The notes: generated by a model not told the origin, from the sequence alone. A stretch of 52,454 nucleotides of DNA from an uncultured Bacteroides sp. (GCA_964440745.1 CAYTXF010000004.1:1-52454); one strand, 5' to 3'. Positions 19,305-29,383 are shown, counted from the first letter of the stretch. Program-made: numbers and translations.

Positions 19305-19390
19305 TGGATTTGGGATTTGGGATTTGGGATTTGGGAACAATACTGAATTTGGGTGATGTCCCCAAATCCTAAATCCCAAATCCCAAATCC
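19305..19390. repeat. Inverted heptamer tandem repeats (GGATTTG)n ... (CAAATCC)n
   Basis: TGGATTTGGGATTTGGGATTTGGGATTTGGGA, about 22-nt spacer, TCCCCAAATCCTAAATCCCAAATCCCAAATCC; fills the whole asd-antiporter intergenic gap. Confidence 0.9.
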
Positions 19391-20395
19391 TTATTTGTGA
19401 GCAAGCATGAATTGGGCGATTTGCACGGCGTTGAGGGCTGCTCCCTTCTTGATTTGGTCAGCAACCACCCAGAAAGAGAGGCCATTGGGATCGCTAAGGT
19501 CTTTTCTTACGCGGCCTACATAGACAGGATCCAGGTGGGCTGTGTGCAGCGGCATGGGATAGCCGTTGGCCTCATGGCGGTCTACGAGCACTATGCCTTC
19601 AGCGTCCTCAAATGCCTGGCGAGCCTCCTCCACGCTTATCGGGCGCTCGGTCTCGGCCCATATGGCCTCACTATGAGCTCTCATCACCGGCACGCGCACG
19701 CATGTGGCGCTGACATCCAGATTGGGAGCATGCATAATCTTTTTGGTCTCGTTGTACATCTTCATCTCCTCCTTGGTGTAGCCGTTGTCGGTGAACACAT
19801 CGATGTGAGGGATTACGTTGTAGGCCAGTTGGCTTACGAATTTCTGCACGGTAGGCTCCTCGTCGTTGGCAATCTCCTTCATCTGCTGCTCGAGCTCATA
19901 CATGCCGCTGGCGCCTGCGCCGCTGGCAGCCTGATAGGTGGCCACATGCACTCGCTTGATGGGGCTGAGACGATGGATGGCATTGAGGGCCACTACCATC
20001 TGGATGGTGGTGCAGTTGGGATTGGCGATGATATGGCGAGGCGCGTTGAAGGCGTCCATGCCGTTGACCTCGGGCACCACCAGAGGCACATCGTCGTCCA
20101 TGCGGAAAGCGCTGCTGTTGTCAATCATCAGCGCGCCATGGCGGGTGATGGTGTCAGCATATTGTTTCGACACGCTGGCGCCTGCTGAGACAAAGGCGAT
20201 GTCCACGCCCTTGAAAGCGTCGTTGTCTTGAAGTTCTTCGATTACAATATCGCGGTCGCGCCATTGCACATGGCGACCTGCGCTGCGTGATGAGCCAAAA
20301 AGGCGGAGCTCATCTACGGGGAAGTTCTGTTCGTCCAGAACACGGAGGAATTCTTGTCCTACGGCGCCGCTTGCACCTACTATCGCTACATTCAT
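19391..20395 (-). CDS. asd: Aspartate-semialdehyde dehydrogenase
   Basis: [54 protein letters not shown]. Confidence 0.96.
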   Translation of the reverse strand: MNVAIVGASGAVGQEFLRVLDEQNFPVDELRLFGSSRSAGRHVQWRDRDIVIEELQDNDAFKGVDIAFVSAGASVSKQYADTITRHGALMIDNSSAFRMDDDVPLVVPEVNGMDAFNAPRHIIANPNCTTIQMVVALNAIHRLSPIKRVHVATYQAASGAGASGMYELEQQMKEIANDEEPTVQKFVSQLAYNVIPHIDVFTDNGYTKEEMKMYNETKKIMHAPNLDVSATCVRVPVMRAHSEAIWAETERPISVEEARQAFEDAEGIVLVDRHEANGYPMPLHTAHLDPVYVGRVRKDLSDPNGLSFWVVADQIKKGAALNAVQIAQFMLAHK

Positions 20396-20415
20396 ATTGG
20401 TGTTTGGGTGTTTTA

Positions 20416-20877
20416 CTATCTTGTTAGTTCTTTAATTGTTTTGATGCCTGGGGTCACATGCAGGGGGAAGGCTGCGAAGAGACCGGTCTTTTGGCTGTTA
20501 TATTTCACATGGTAGCGAGCTGGTTTAAGGAACTTAATCAAGAATTCGGCAGAGACATCTGGCTCGAGTATGCCCTTGCCTGGTGTCAGACGCTCTTCGA
20601 TCATCACATCAGTGCCTTTGACTTTCACTGCCAAGCTAACAGCTCCATCGTCAGTGATTCCATCCACTCCGCGGCGCACCAGACGCACTTGGCCATTGGG
20701 GCGCACCTCGATGGCCAGTTCGGGGCGAGCATTTGCTGAGCCTCGGCTCAGGGTGCCAGCCAGCAAGAATTCCTGCACGGGGCCGGTGCCACCGGGCCGC
20801 GCTGCAAATGCCACTATCGCAGCCGCTATCACGGCCAATATGACATAGAATTCGACTGATGTGAAAAATCCCGACAT
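20416..20877 (-). CDS. Hypothetical membrane-anchored protein
   Basis: From ATG 20877: an N-terminal hydrophobic anchor followed by a beta-rich domain. The track's upstream extension runs through a terminator. Confidence 0.7.
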   Translation of the reverse strand: MSGFFTSVEFYVILAVIAAAIVAFAARPGGTGPVQEFLLAGTLSRGSANARPELAIEVRPNGQVRLVRRGVDGITDDGAVSLAVKVKGTDVMIEERLTPGKGILEPDVSAEFLIKFLKPARYHVKYNSQKTGLFAAFPLHVTPGIKTIKELTR

Positions 20878-20952
20878 TTTTTGTAGATGAAAATCTGACT
20901 TTTTATTAACAGATGAAAGTTGGATTTGGCAAAGCGTCCTTACAAAATTTAA

Positions 20953-20992
20953 ACAACCCCGCATTCTCTCCAAAAATTGAGTGCGGGGTTGT
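20953..20992 (-). terminator. Terminator of the PpiD-like gene
   Basis: ACAACCCCGCATTC ... GAGTGCGGGGTTGT stem with a T-rich tail on the minus strand. Confidence 0.65.
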
Positions 20993-21011
20993 AATGGGAT
21001 ATAATTTCGGA

Positions 21012-23168
21012 TTATTCTGCGTCTTGTACGAAGTTGAGGCTGCGGTTCTTCACCTGCTTGTCGCCGACCAGTACCTGGAAGAGCACGGGGTCAACTGCTT
21101 TGCGGCCCTGCATGTCGAAGACCGGACCAAAGGCGTTGATGAATGTGCGGCTGTCAGAAGCGAAGTCGTAGGGGCGGCCGTTGTCATTGCGCTCGCCGGG
21201 AGTGAAGACTACGATCTCCATGTCGTTCTGGAAAGGACCTACCATTTCGCCGGGCTTTGAGGCGCTGAGCAGAGCCTGGAGGCGATAGTTGTCGCCCATG
21301 TGACCGGGCAGGGTGTTGGAGTTGAACGATGCTGTGCTGTCGGTGCGCACCTCGGTGCCCATGAGCTCGGCATAGCCTTCGAGGTTGTTGGCCTTACCAG
21401 CATACTGATCGATCAGCTTGGCGGCCTTGCGGTTGCGCATTGCTGTGCGGTCAATATAGTTGCTGATTGAGCTTGAGGTGTAGGGCAGATAATCGTCCTG
21501 GATGTCTTCCTTCACAGCAATCACCAGATATTCGTGGGGTGTCTCAAACACCTTTGACACTTGGCCGGGCTTTGCGTTCATGACCCACTTCACAGCCTTG
21601 CGGGTATCGGCGAGAGTGCCGATGTGGGCTGAAGAAGCAGTCACGTAGCCGTGGCGCAGAGCGTAGAGCGAGTCAGCATTTGCGCTGAAGCGGTCGCCCT
21701 GGGTGTTGGTAGCCAAGAAGCCGTTGAGCTGAGTCTTGAGGTCGCTTACGGTCTGGGCTGAAGGATCCACGGTGTATGTGATAGTGGCGATTTCGGCATA
21801 GGGAGCAGCGGGTTTGCGCTCGTTGATCTGATAGATGGTGTAGATGCCCTGCACGCTGTCGGCATAGAGGAAGGGTGCGCCTACGCTCTCAGCCAGCATG
21901 CGCTCCTTGATGGGAGCCTGTGCGCCTACGAGAGATACCCATTGGTCGTTCCAGCCGCGATCGGGAGCAGCCAGGAGCATCGAGTCGAGCTTTGTGCCGC
22001 TCTTGAGGAGGGCCATCAGAGAATCAGCCTGGGCAGCGTTTTCTGCGCCGTAAGCGCTGATGTTGATTGAGTCAACCTCGTTGGTGCGGCCAAGCACCTT
22101 CACCAGGGTGTGAGTGTTCTGTCCACGATTGAAGGCGAGTTTCTTCACCTTGCCTACCACCAGGTCGCTGTCGGAGAGCTGGCGCAGGGTGTTGTCCTTC
22201 TTGATGTTGGCCAGAGACAGATTGTTGCTGTTGCTGACAAACTTGCTCTTGCCCATAAGGCCCTCGAGAGCGGGCTGCTCCTGCAGGGCTGCCATTGCGG
22301 CATTCACTTCAGCCTCGGCTGCCAGATAGTCAGCGCCTGAGGGCTGGATGTCAACCACGATGTAATCGATGGCCTTTACAGGCTCGTTGATTGCGAAGGG
22401 GCGATTATTCTGGTTGCGAGCGGCCATGGGATCCATGCCGGCCACGAAGATGCTGGTGTTGAAAGCGGGCTTCATTTCTTCGTAGGCTGCCTTGCGGTCA
22501 GCGTCGGTGAGCTCGATTCCATCCTCGCTGGCACCAGCCACGCTGGTTGCTACCCACTGCACGGGCACGCGGGTCATATTATCGTTGTACAGATTCTTGG
22601 CATCGATTTCATTGGCGCCGAAAAGGCCGCCGATGAGGCCGAAGTAGATCTGAGTCTTAAGCGACTCTTCGAGCTGCTGCTCCTCGGCTGACCAAATGTT
22701 CTGCAGGATCTGCTGCTGGTCGGCAGAGAGGCCGTAACGGCTGGGATTGTTGATGGCGTCAAGGACAGTGGGGCGATCGATGGCGGGGAGGCCGAACTGC
22801 TGAGCAGCGTATCCGAGCTGCTGCGAGATAGGCATTTGGCCGTTCATGATGCGTGAAATCTCACTGTCGGTGATATTGATGCCGAGTTTCTTGTACTGGT
22901 CTTCAAGCATCTGTTGCATAAGCAGGCGCTGGAGCATGATTTGTTCAAGCTCGCTGGCATCCTGGCCATTAGTGTTCTGCATCTGGCTCATGGCCTGCTG
23001 GTAGTCATTGTAGTCGACTTTTGTGCCTCCGGCGCTGTACATTGTAGTAGAGCTTGCATAAGTGCGGCCTGAGGTGAGGAAGTCGCCCAAGATGAACGCA
23101 AGAAGCGCTACGATGATGATGATGAACAAAAACACCGATTTGCTTCTGATTTTCTCAAGTGTTGACAT
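21012..23168 (-). CDS. PpiD-like membrane-anchored periplasmic chaperone (SurA N-terminal domain)
   Basis: MSTLEKIRSK...ALLAFILGD N-terminus typical of the Bacteroidetes PpiD-like family; LGINITDSE; about 700 aa. Confidence 0.82.
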   Translation of the reverse strand: MSTLEKIRSKSVFLFIIIIVALLAFILGDFLTSGRTYASSTTMYSAGGTKVDYNDYQQAMSQMQNTNGQDASELEQIMLQRLLMQQMLEDQYKKLGINITDSEISRIMNGQMPISQQLGYAAQQFGLPAIDRPTVLDAINNPSRYGLSADQQQILQNIWSAEEQQLEESLKTQIYFGLIGGLFGANEIDAKNLYNDNMTRVPVQWVATSVAGASEDGIELTDADRKAAYEEMKPAFNTSIFVAGMDPMAARNQNNRPFAINEPVKAIDYIVVDIQPSGADYLAAEAEVNAAMAALQEQPALEGLMGKSKFVSNSNNLSLANIKKDNTLRQLSDSDLVVGKVKKLAFNRGQNTHTLVKVLGRTNEVDSINISAYGAENAAQADSLMALLKSGTKLDSMLLAAPDRGWNDQWVSLVGAQAPIKERMLAESVGAPFLYADSVQGIYTIYQINERKPAAPYAEIATITYTVDPSAQTVSDLKTQLNGFLATNTQGDRFSANADSLYALRHGYVTASSAHIGTLADTRKAVKWVMNAKPGQVSKVFETPHEYLVIAVKEDIQDDYLPYTSSSISNYIDRTAMRNRKAAKLIDQYAGKANNLEGYAELMGTEVRTDSTASFNSNTLPGHMGDNYRLQALLSASKPGEMVGPFQNDMEIVVFTPGERNDNGRPYDFASDSRTFINAFGPVFDMQGRKAVDPVLFQVLVGDKQVKNRSLNFVQDAE

Positions 23169-23517
23169 TGTTGGTTATAATGATTTATTGTTTATTATTG
23201 TCGCAAGTACAAAAAGTGCACAAAGGTAGGCATTTTTTGCCACAACACCAAAAACTTAGACTCATTTTCCCCATTTTTTTTGTTTTTTTGCCTCTTTGAC
23301 AAAAAAAGTGGCGATTCTGGAGGGTTGAAAAGGGCGGTTTTTTGGATTTTAGCCATTTTTTTGACACAAAAATGAAGATTTATCGAAGAATTATTGTGTT
23401 GTTTCAAAAATAATTACGATATTTGCACCTTGAAAACTCAGACCGCCCCCTCGGGGCGATTTTTAGCTGAATGCAACAAAGCTATACAAGATATTATACA
23501 TTAATTTATAAACCATC

Positions 23518-23790
23518 ATGACAAAAGCCGACATCGTCAACGAAATTTCACGCGCTACGGGCCTCGAGCGCGCTCATGTGCTCGAGACCATCGAGAAGTT
23601 CATGGAAGTGGTCAAGGACGCCTTGGCACACGATGAGAACGTGTACCTGCGCGGATTTGGCAGCTTCATAGTGAAGACCCGCAGCGAGAAGACAGCTCGC
23701 AACATCACCAAGAACACAACCATCATCATCCCGGAGCACAAGATACCCGCATTCAAGCCGTCAAAGGCCTTCATGCAGGAGGTGAAATAA
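23518..23790 (+). CDS. HU/IHF-family DNA-binding protein
   Basis: MTKADIV, VYLRGFGSF, ARNI, IPAFKP. Confidence 0.95.
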   Translation: MTKADIVNEISRATGLERAHVLETIEKFMEVVKDALAHDENVYLRGFGSFIVKTRSEKTARNITKNTTIIIPEHKIPAFKPSKAFMQEVK

Positions 23791-23852
23791 GAGCGAGAGG
23801 CTCACGCATAATAACAGAGACAATTGTTTAACCCACTTTAACTCCAGCTACA

Positions 23853-23942
23853 ATGCCCAGCGGAAAGAAAAGAAAAGGCCACAAGATGGCTACTCACAAG
23901 CGCAAGAAGCGCCTGAGAAAGAATCGTCACAAGAAGAAGTAA
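23853..23942 (+). CDS. Small basic ribosomal protein bS22 (AURKAIP1/COX24-like), 29 aa
   Basis: Manual translation MPSGKKRKGHKMATHKRKKRLRKNRHKKK*; below the ORF-track cutoff; matches my recollection of the Bacteroidetes bS22 sequence pattern. Confidence 0.85.
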   Translation: MPSGKKRKGHKMATHKRKKRLRKNRHKKK

Positions 23943-23943
23943 G

Positions 23944-24095
23944 CAGCCCCGCAAGGGGCTGGGCTTCGCAGCCTGACTATTCTTCTCCCCTCAATGCCGC
24001 AAAAGCGGCTTGAGAAACACGTCACAAATGGGCAATCTGCTGTCTCGACGGGGGCATATTATGGATGCTCGCCGTAGATAGCGGTTGCTCTTTGT
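23944..24095 (+). promoter_or_regulatory. Structured leader upstream of RNase E/G (four hairpins)
   Basis: CAGCCCC-GCAA-GGGGCTG; GGCT-TCGC-AGCC; CTCAAtGCCGC-AAAA-GCGGCTTGAG; long imperfect stem 24024-24095. Confidence 0.5.
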
Positions 24096-24113
24096 TTTTA
24101 ACATTCAAGTATA

Positions 24114-25751
24114 ATGAAAAGCGAACTTATAGTCGACATTCAACCCAAGGAGGCGTCGATCGCACTCTTGGAGGACGGCCGCCTGGTTTCCCTGCAGAAG
24201 GAAAGCCGCAATTTGGCGTATGCCGTGGGCGACATCTACCTGGCCAAGGTCAAGAGGCTGATGCCGGGTCTGAACGCCGCCTTTGTCAATGTGGGCTACG
24301 ATAAGGACGCTTTCCTGCACTACTTGGATCTTGGCTCCCACTTTTCCACTTACAGCCAGTACCTCAGCGAGGTGCTCAACCCAGAATCAGGTCCCATACA
24401 GCCCATCAGCAAGCTGAAAATGCTCCCCGACATTGACAAGCACGGCGCAATAGCCGATGTGCTTGCTCCGGGGCAGTCATTGCTGGTGCAAATCGTAAAA
24501 GAGCCCATCTCCACAAAAGGCCCGCGCCTGACTACCGAGCTTTCGTTCACCGGCCGATACATGGTGCTTATTCCCTTTGCCGACAAGATCTCAATATCGC
24601 AGAAGATCAAAAGCACTGAGGAAAAAGTGCGCCTGCGCCAACTCATAGCCTCAATCAAGCCTAAGAATTTCGGAGTGATCGTGCGCACCTCTGCCGAGGG
24701 CAAAGGAGCCGCCGAGCTCAACCGAGAAATGACCACCCTGCGCCAATGCTGGGAGAAAACCATTGAGAAAGCTCGCACAGCCACAGCCCCGGCCCTCATT
24801 TTCGAAGAGGAAAGCCGCATCGAAGGAGTGATACGCGACGTATTCACCCCCGACTTTGAAAACATCTATGTCAACGACGCCGAGACATTCGCCCAGATTG
24901 AGAAGTATCTTTCGCTGATCGCCCCCGACAAGAAGGACATCGTGAAGATCTACAGCGACGATATTCCAATCTTCGATCATTTCAACATCACAAAACAGAT
25001 CAAATCGTCGTTCGGCAAGACCGTGTCATTCAAATCTGGCGCATATCTTATCATCGAGCATACTGAGGCTCTTCATGTGATCGACGTGAACTCGGGCAAC
25101 CATTCCAAGGCCGCTCCCGACCAGGAAAGCAACGCCCTGGAGGTCAACCTGCGAGCAGCCGACGAAATAGCGCGCCAACTGCGCCTGCGCGACATGGGCG
25201 GTATCATTGTGATCGATTTCATCGACATGAACAAGCCTGAGCACCGACAGACCCTCTTCGACCACATGCGCGAAGTGATGGCAAATGACCGCGCGCGCCA
25301 CAACATCCTGCCTCTGAGCAAATTCGGGCTCATGCAGATCACGCGCCAGCGCGTAAGACCGGCTCTCGACATAGTCACCAATGAGACATGCCCGTCATGC
25401 TTCGGCAAGGGCGAGGTGCAGCCTTCGCTGCTATTCACCGACACTCTCTACAGCAAACTGCGCTATGTGGTGCACGAATTGGGCTTAAAGAATTTCCGGA
25501 TGTATGTGCATCCTTATGTCGACGCCTACATCAAGCGGGGCGTCTTCACATCGCTCTATGGGCAATGGCGCCGAGCCTTGGGCCGAGGGTTCAAGATCGT
25601 GCCTGACCAGAGCCTGGCCATGCTCCAATACCGCGTAATCGATGAGCAAGGCACCGAACTCGACCTTAAAGAAGAAAAAGACACCGCGTCATCGACCGTC
25701 GACAAGAAAAAAGACAAAGCCAAGAACCGAGGCAGCCAGGATGGCGATTAA
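24114..25751 (+). CDS. rng: Ribonuclease E/G family (RNase G-like)
   Basis: S1 domain (GDIYLAKV, AAFV), VKEPISTKGPRLT, IDVNSG, RLRDMGGIIVIDFIDM, CPSCFGKG. Confidence 0.93.
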   Translation: MKSELIVDIQPKEASIALLEDGRLVSLQKESRNLAYAVGDIYLAKVKRLMPGLNAAFVNVGYDKDAFLHYLDLGSHFSTYSQYLSEVLNPESGPIQPISKLKMLPDIDKHGAIADVLAPGQSLLVQIVKEPISTKGPRLTTELSFTGRYMVLIPFADKISISQKIKSTEEKVRLRQLIASIKPKNFGVIVRTSAEGKGAAELNREMTTLRQCWEKTIEKARTATAPALIFEEESRIEGVIRDVFTPDFENIYVNDAETFAQIEKYLSLIAPDKKDIVKIYSDDIPIFDHFNITKQIKSSFGKTVSFKSGAYLIIEHTEALHVIDVNSGNHSKAAPDQESNALEVNLRAADEIARQLRLRDMGGIIVIDFIDMNKPEHRQTLFDHMREVMANDRARHNILPLSKFGLMQITRQRVRPALDIVTNETCPSCFGKGEVQPSLLFTDTLYSKLRYVVHELGLKNFRMYVHPYVDAYIKRGVFTSLYGQWRRALGRGFKIVPDQSLAMLQYRVIDEQGTELDLKEEKDTASSTVDKKKDKAKNRGSQDGD

Positions 25752-25761
25752 GTAGCCTCAA

Positions 25762-25815
25762 CAAAAAGCTAATGGGCGCATACCTGAAAGGAGGGATGCG
25801 CCCATTTGCTTTTTG
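25762..25815. terminator. Bidirectional intrinsic terminator
   Basis: CAAAAAGC-AATGGGCGCAT ... ATGCGCCCATT-GCTTTTTG between convergent genes. Confidence 0.75.
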
Positions 25816-26021
25816 CTGTTTTTAGAGTAGGAGAGGGATGCGTCGATTTCATACGCATGATGGCCCGCTGGCTTCGCTGTTTCTTACTGCCCCTGCGCCT
25901 GCGCTAGCAGCTTATCTAAGATGTGTGTTTTTCAAAGATGGCTCCATTCTTTGTTGTTTGAAATAGAAACAATTGCCCTCGCTTCATAGTTCAACTCTAT
26001 AACCACTTTTAACATCTCTTC

Positions 26022-27329
26022 TCAAGAGCGGATGGGGCCTTGGTGGGCGTAGGCGTAGCCGAAGCGTTCGCGCGCTGCTCGATCCAGCTCTTCGCGGGCC
26101 TCTGGGGCAGCTATTGAGATCAGCAGCTTTGCGCGCTCGATGAGATTTTTGCCTCGCAGGTTGACAGCGCCATGCTCGGTGACCACATAGTTGGTCTGGA
26201 AGCGGGTGGTGACCACTCCGGCGCCGGGGGTGAGCACGGGCTTGATTTTGCTCATGCCCTTGTTGGTGGTGGAGAGCATGGCCAGGAACGACAGGCCGCC
26301 CTCGCTGCGGCTGCTGCCGTACACGAAGTCATGCTGACCCCCCACGCTCGAGAATATGCGAGTGCCGATCGAGTCGGCGCATATCTGGCCGGTAAGGTCA
26401 ATCTCCAAGCACGAATTGATCGACATCACCTTGGGATTCTGAGCAATGATGAAGGGGTCGTTGGTCCATGACACGTCGTCGAAGTAAATGTCCTCGTTCT
26501 TGTCAAGATATTCGTAGAGGTGCTTGCTGCCAAGGGCCAAAGATGCCACTGACTTGCCGGGCATGATCTTCTTCTGGCTGTTGTCGATTATGCCTTTCTG
26601 CAGCAGAGGGAGCACGCCATCGGTCATGGCCTCGGTGTGGAGACCAAGATGCTTGTGATCGGCAAGGGCGCGAATCACGGCATTGGGAATGCCGCCCACG
26701 CCAATCTGCAAGGTGGCGCCGTTGGGTATGCGCTCGGCGATGGCATTGCCTATGCGGATTTCAGCATCGGTAGGCACAGCGGTGGGCACTTCCACCAGAG
26801 GCTCGTCGGCGCGAACCATGGCAGCCAGTTGCGACACATGCAGACGCGCGCGACCATAGGTATGGGGCACATATTTGTTGACCTGGGCTATGATGCGGCC
26901 TGCGCATTCGCTTGCGGGGAGAGCCAGGTCGGCCGACACGCCGAAGCTTACGTAGCCGTCCTCGTCGGGCAGCGAGCAGTTGATGAACGCCACATCGATC
27001 GGGCAGGTGCCGTCGCGGAACAGCTCGGGCACCTCGCCCAAGAATCGGGGAGTCATCGTGCCATAGCCGTCGGCTATCCATTGGCGCACGCTATTGCTCA
27101 CAAAGAAGGAATCCACCCAGAAAGTGTCCTTGAACTCAGGCTTGCAATAAGGTGCCGGGCCCTTTGCCACGCAGAAGGCCGAATACACAGTGATGTCTTT
27201 CAATTCCGAGCCTCGGCGGGCCAAAGCCTCGCACAGGGCCTCGGGCACGGAAGTGGAGCCTTGCACAAAGATGCGGTCTCCATCCTTTATGAGGCGCATG
27301 GCCTCGTCAGCAGTTACGTAATTGCTCAT
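26022..27329 (-). CDS. Acetyl-CoA hydrolase/CoA-transferase family (4-hydroxybutyrate CoA-transferase-like)
   Basis: TLQIGVGGIP, LGLHTE (catalytic Glu), EIDLTGQ, GGQHDF, VVTEHG. Confidence 0.9.
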   Translation of the reverse strand: MSNYVTADEAMRLIKDGDRIFVQGSTSVPEALCEALARRGSELKDITVYSAFCVAKGPAPYCKPEFKDTFWVDSFFVSNSVRQWIADGYGTMTPRFLGEVPELFRDGTCPIDVAFINCSLPDEDGYVSFGVSADLALPASECAGRIIAQVNKYVPHTYGRARLHVSQLAAMVRADEPLVEVPTAVPTDAEIRIGNAIAERIPNGATLQIGVGGIPNAVIRALADHKHLGLHTEAMTDGVLPLLQKGIIDNSQKKIMPGKSVASLALGSKHLYEYLDKNEDIYFDDVSWTNDPFIIAQNPKVMSINSCLEIDLTGQICADSIGTRIFSSVGGQHDFVYGSSRSEGGLSFLAMLSTTNKGMSKIKPVLTPGAGVVTTRFQTNYVVTEHGAVNLRGKNLIERAKLLISIAAPEAREELDRAARERFGYAYAHQGPIRS

Positions 27330-28630
27330 TTCTCACTTGTCATTTGGCCCAGACGTTCGTCGAGTGCGCGGAAGGTGTCTTCGTTGCAAAGCATCGACAC
27401 AGTCACTCTTACGCCCTCCTGCTTAGATCCGGTAGATTTCAAGGGGATGGTGGCGATGCCATGGCGCAGTAGCTCCTTGTTGAGCTCGGGACCGGTCATG
27501 TCCTTGTATCCGATGGTGAAGAAGAAGCCGTCGCCAATGGGGGCGTCGCCGTCCTTTTCATAGACAAGGTTGAAGCCATGGCGCAGGAATATCTCCTTGG
27601 CCTGGGCTGCGCGGTGGCCGTATTCGCTGGTATGGTGCACAAAGTCGAGTTTCCCCTCCACGGCAGCACGGAGCATGGCTGAGAAAGCGTATTGGGCCGA
27701 GTGGCTTGCGCCGGTGGATATTGTATAGAGCACACCATGGACATAGCTGTCGCCCAAGGTAGGCATGTCGTAGAATTTCTCAAAGAACTCGTATCGGCGG
27801 TCAGCCACGCTTTCGCTGAGGGCCACTATTGCGATGCGTTCGCCGGCATAGCTGAAAATCTTTGACGATGAGAGCAGCAGCACATAGTTGTTGGTGTAGC
27901 GAGCCACCGAGGGAATGTATGGCTTTTGGTAGGGCTGGCTGTAGTCGGTGCGGAAGTCCATGCCCAGATAGGCCAGGTCTTCCATTATGATCACATCGTA
28001 CTTTGTAGCCAAGGTGCCGATGGTGAGAAGTTCATCCTCGGTGAGGTTGGTCCAAGCCGGGTTGTTGGGGTTGGAATAAATGATTCCGGTGATGCGGCCG
28101 CTCTTGAGTTCTTTCTCGAGACGGTCGTAAAGCTTTTCGCCTCGGTAGTTATAGATGTCTACCGACACTGTGTTGAGGCCTAAGAGTTTGGCCTGATGAT
28201 GCTGGGCCGGGAATCCGGGATCAAGGAAAAGCATGGTATCCTTGCCGGGGAGGCGCTGGCTCAGTATCATCATCAATGAGTAAGAGCCCATCATTGACCC
28301 CACGGTGGGTATAATGCAGCGTGGGGGCACGCTGATGTCTAAGAAAGCTTTGATAAAGTCAGATCCGTTCTGTTTCAGTGCTGGCACGCCTGTGATGTTG
28401 GGGTACTGGTTGGGCACGCCTTTGCGCAGGGCTTCGCACTGTGCCTCAATACCTGTGTGCTCGGCAGCCAATCCCGGGTTGCCGAGCTCCAGGTGTACGA
28501 ATTTTTCGCCCGATATCGATTCAAGCAACGCTGCCACAGCGCAGATTTGTCGAATTGTAGCACAGTTGACATCTACGATGTCAAAGTGGTGAAGGGCTTG
28601 CTCAAGTTGAGCTTTAGTGATGGTCTTCAT
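27326..28630 (-). CDS. PLP-dependent aminotransferase class I/II
   Basis: YSNPNNP, EDLAY, SSSKIFSYAGERI (PLP lysine); 4-nt overlap with the CoA-transferase; ATG 28630 preferred. Confidence 0.9.
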   Translation of the reverse strand: MKTITKAQLEQALHHFDIVDVNCATIRQICAVAALLESISGEKFVHLELGNPGLAAEHTGIEAQCEALRKGVPNQYPNITGVPALKQNGSDFIKAFLDISVPPRCIIPTVGSMMGSYSLMMILSQRLPGKDTMLFLDPGFPAQHHQAKLLGLNTVSVDIYNYRGEKLYDRLEKELKSGRITGIIYSNPNNPAWTNLTEDELLTIGTLATKYDVIIMEDLAYLGMDFRTDYSQPYQKPYIPSVARYTNNYVLLLSSSKIFSYAGERIAIVALSESVADRRYEFFEKFYDMPTLGDSYVHGVLYTISTGASHSAQYAFSAMLRAAVEGKLDFVHHTSEYGHRAAQAKEIFLRHGFNLVYEKDGDAPIGDGFFFTIGYKDMTGPELNKELLRHGIATIPLKSTGSKQEGVRVTVSMLCNEDTFRALDERLGQMTSEK

Positions 28631-28638
28631 GGTTAATA

Positions 28639-28712
28639 GATAGCAAATTGATAGCAACTAAGATTGGAAATGATAGCAACTCTTTCTAAATTATAATAGC
28701 AATAGATAGCAA
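28639..28712. repeat. Five copies of (G/A)ATAGCAA upstream of the aminotransferase
   Basis: Copies start at 28639, 28650, 28672, 28695 and 28705. Confidence 0.7.
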
Positions 28713-28764
28713 CTAAAGATTATTGTACGGATGTCTAACCTTCTTAATTTATCTAACTTTACTT

Positions 28765-29337
28765 TTATGCTTTGTAGTTGAGTCCTTGACGGAAAGCGGC
28801 GAGATTGCTCTCAACGATTTTTTCGCCTTTGGGGCCGAAAAGTTTGCCGATAGCCTGCTCGATCTTTTCGGTAGGCATATCGATGAAGCGGGATGCGGCT
28901 CCGAGAAGCACCATGTTGGCAGCACGCGGGTTGGCCACTTCTTTGGCTACGGCGTCCATGTCAAAAGCCACCAGGTGAGGCACTTTGTCGAGGGCTTCCT
29001 TGAGGGAGGCCTCGTCGGGATAATTCGGGATGTTTACGAATGGGGCGGTGCTTGTCACTACCCAGCCATCAGGTTTGAGGTAGGGCAGATAGCGCAGGGC
29101 TTCCATTGGCTCGAGGCTGACGATAAGGTCGGCTCCGCGCAGGGGGATCAGGTCGCTGGCGATAGGCTCGCTGCTGATGCGCAGATTGCTCTGCACATCG
29201 CCACCGCGCTGGCTCATGCCGTGCACCTCGGCTTGCTTCAGGTATAGATTGTCGGCCAGGGCAGCGATGCCCAGTATTGAGGCAATTGAGAGGATGCCTT
29301 GGCCTCCGACACCGGCCAGTATGATGTTTACATTCAT
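28765..29337 (-). CDS. iorB: Indolepyruvate:ferredoxin oxidoreductase beta subunit
   Basis: GVGGQG, EVHGMSQRGG, EPMEALR, NMVLLGA. Confidence 0.92.
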   Translation of the reverse strand: MNVNIILAGVGGQGILSIASILGIAALADNLYLKQAEVHGMSQRGGDVQSNLRISSEPIASDLIPLRGADLIVSLEPMEALRYLPYLKPDGWVVTSTAPFVNIPNYPDEASLKEALDKVPHLVAFDMDAVAKEVANPRAANMVLLGAASRFIDMPTEKIEQAIGKLFGPKGEKIVESNLAAFRQGLNYKA

Positions 29338-29383
29338 TGTCTTATGAATTTAAGCTATGAATCTGCTGTTGGGATTGAGGAGG

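Noticed and set aside
19305-19379. N-terminal extension of the antiporter (MGFRIWG...[10 protein letters not shown])
   Set aside because: Translation of the heptamer repeat; ATG 19304 is the plausible start.
25816-26021. Possible small ORF or pseudogene after the CoA-transferase
   Set aside because: Only short, stop-interrupted frames with no recognisable motif.
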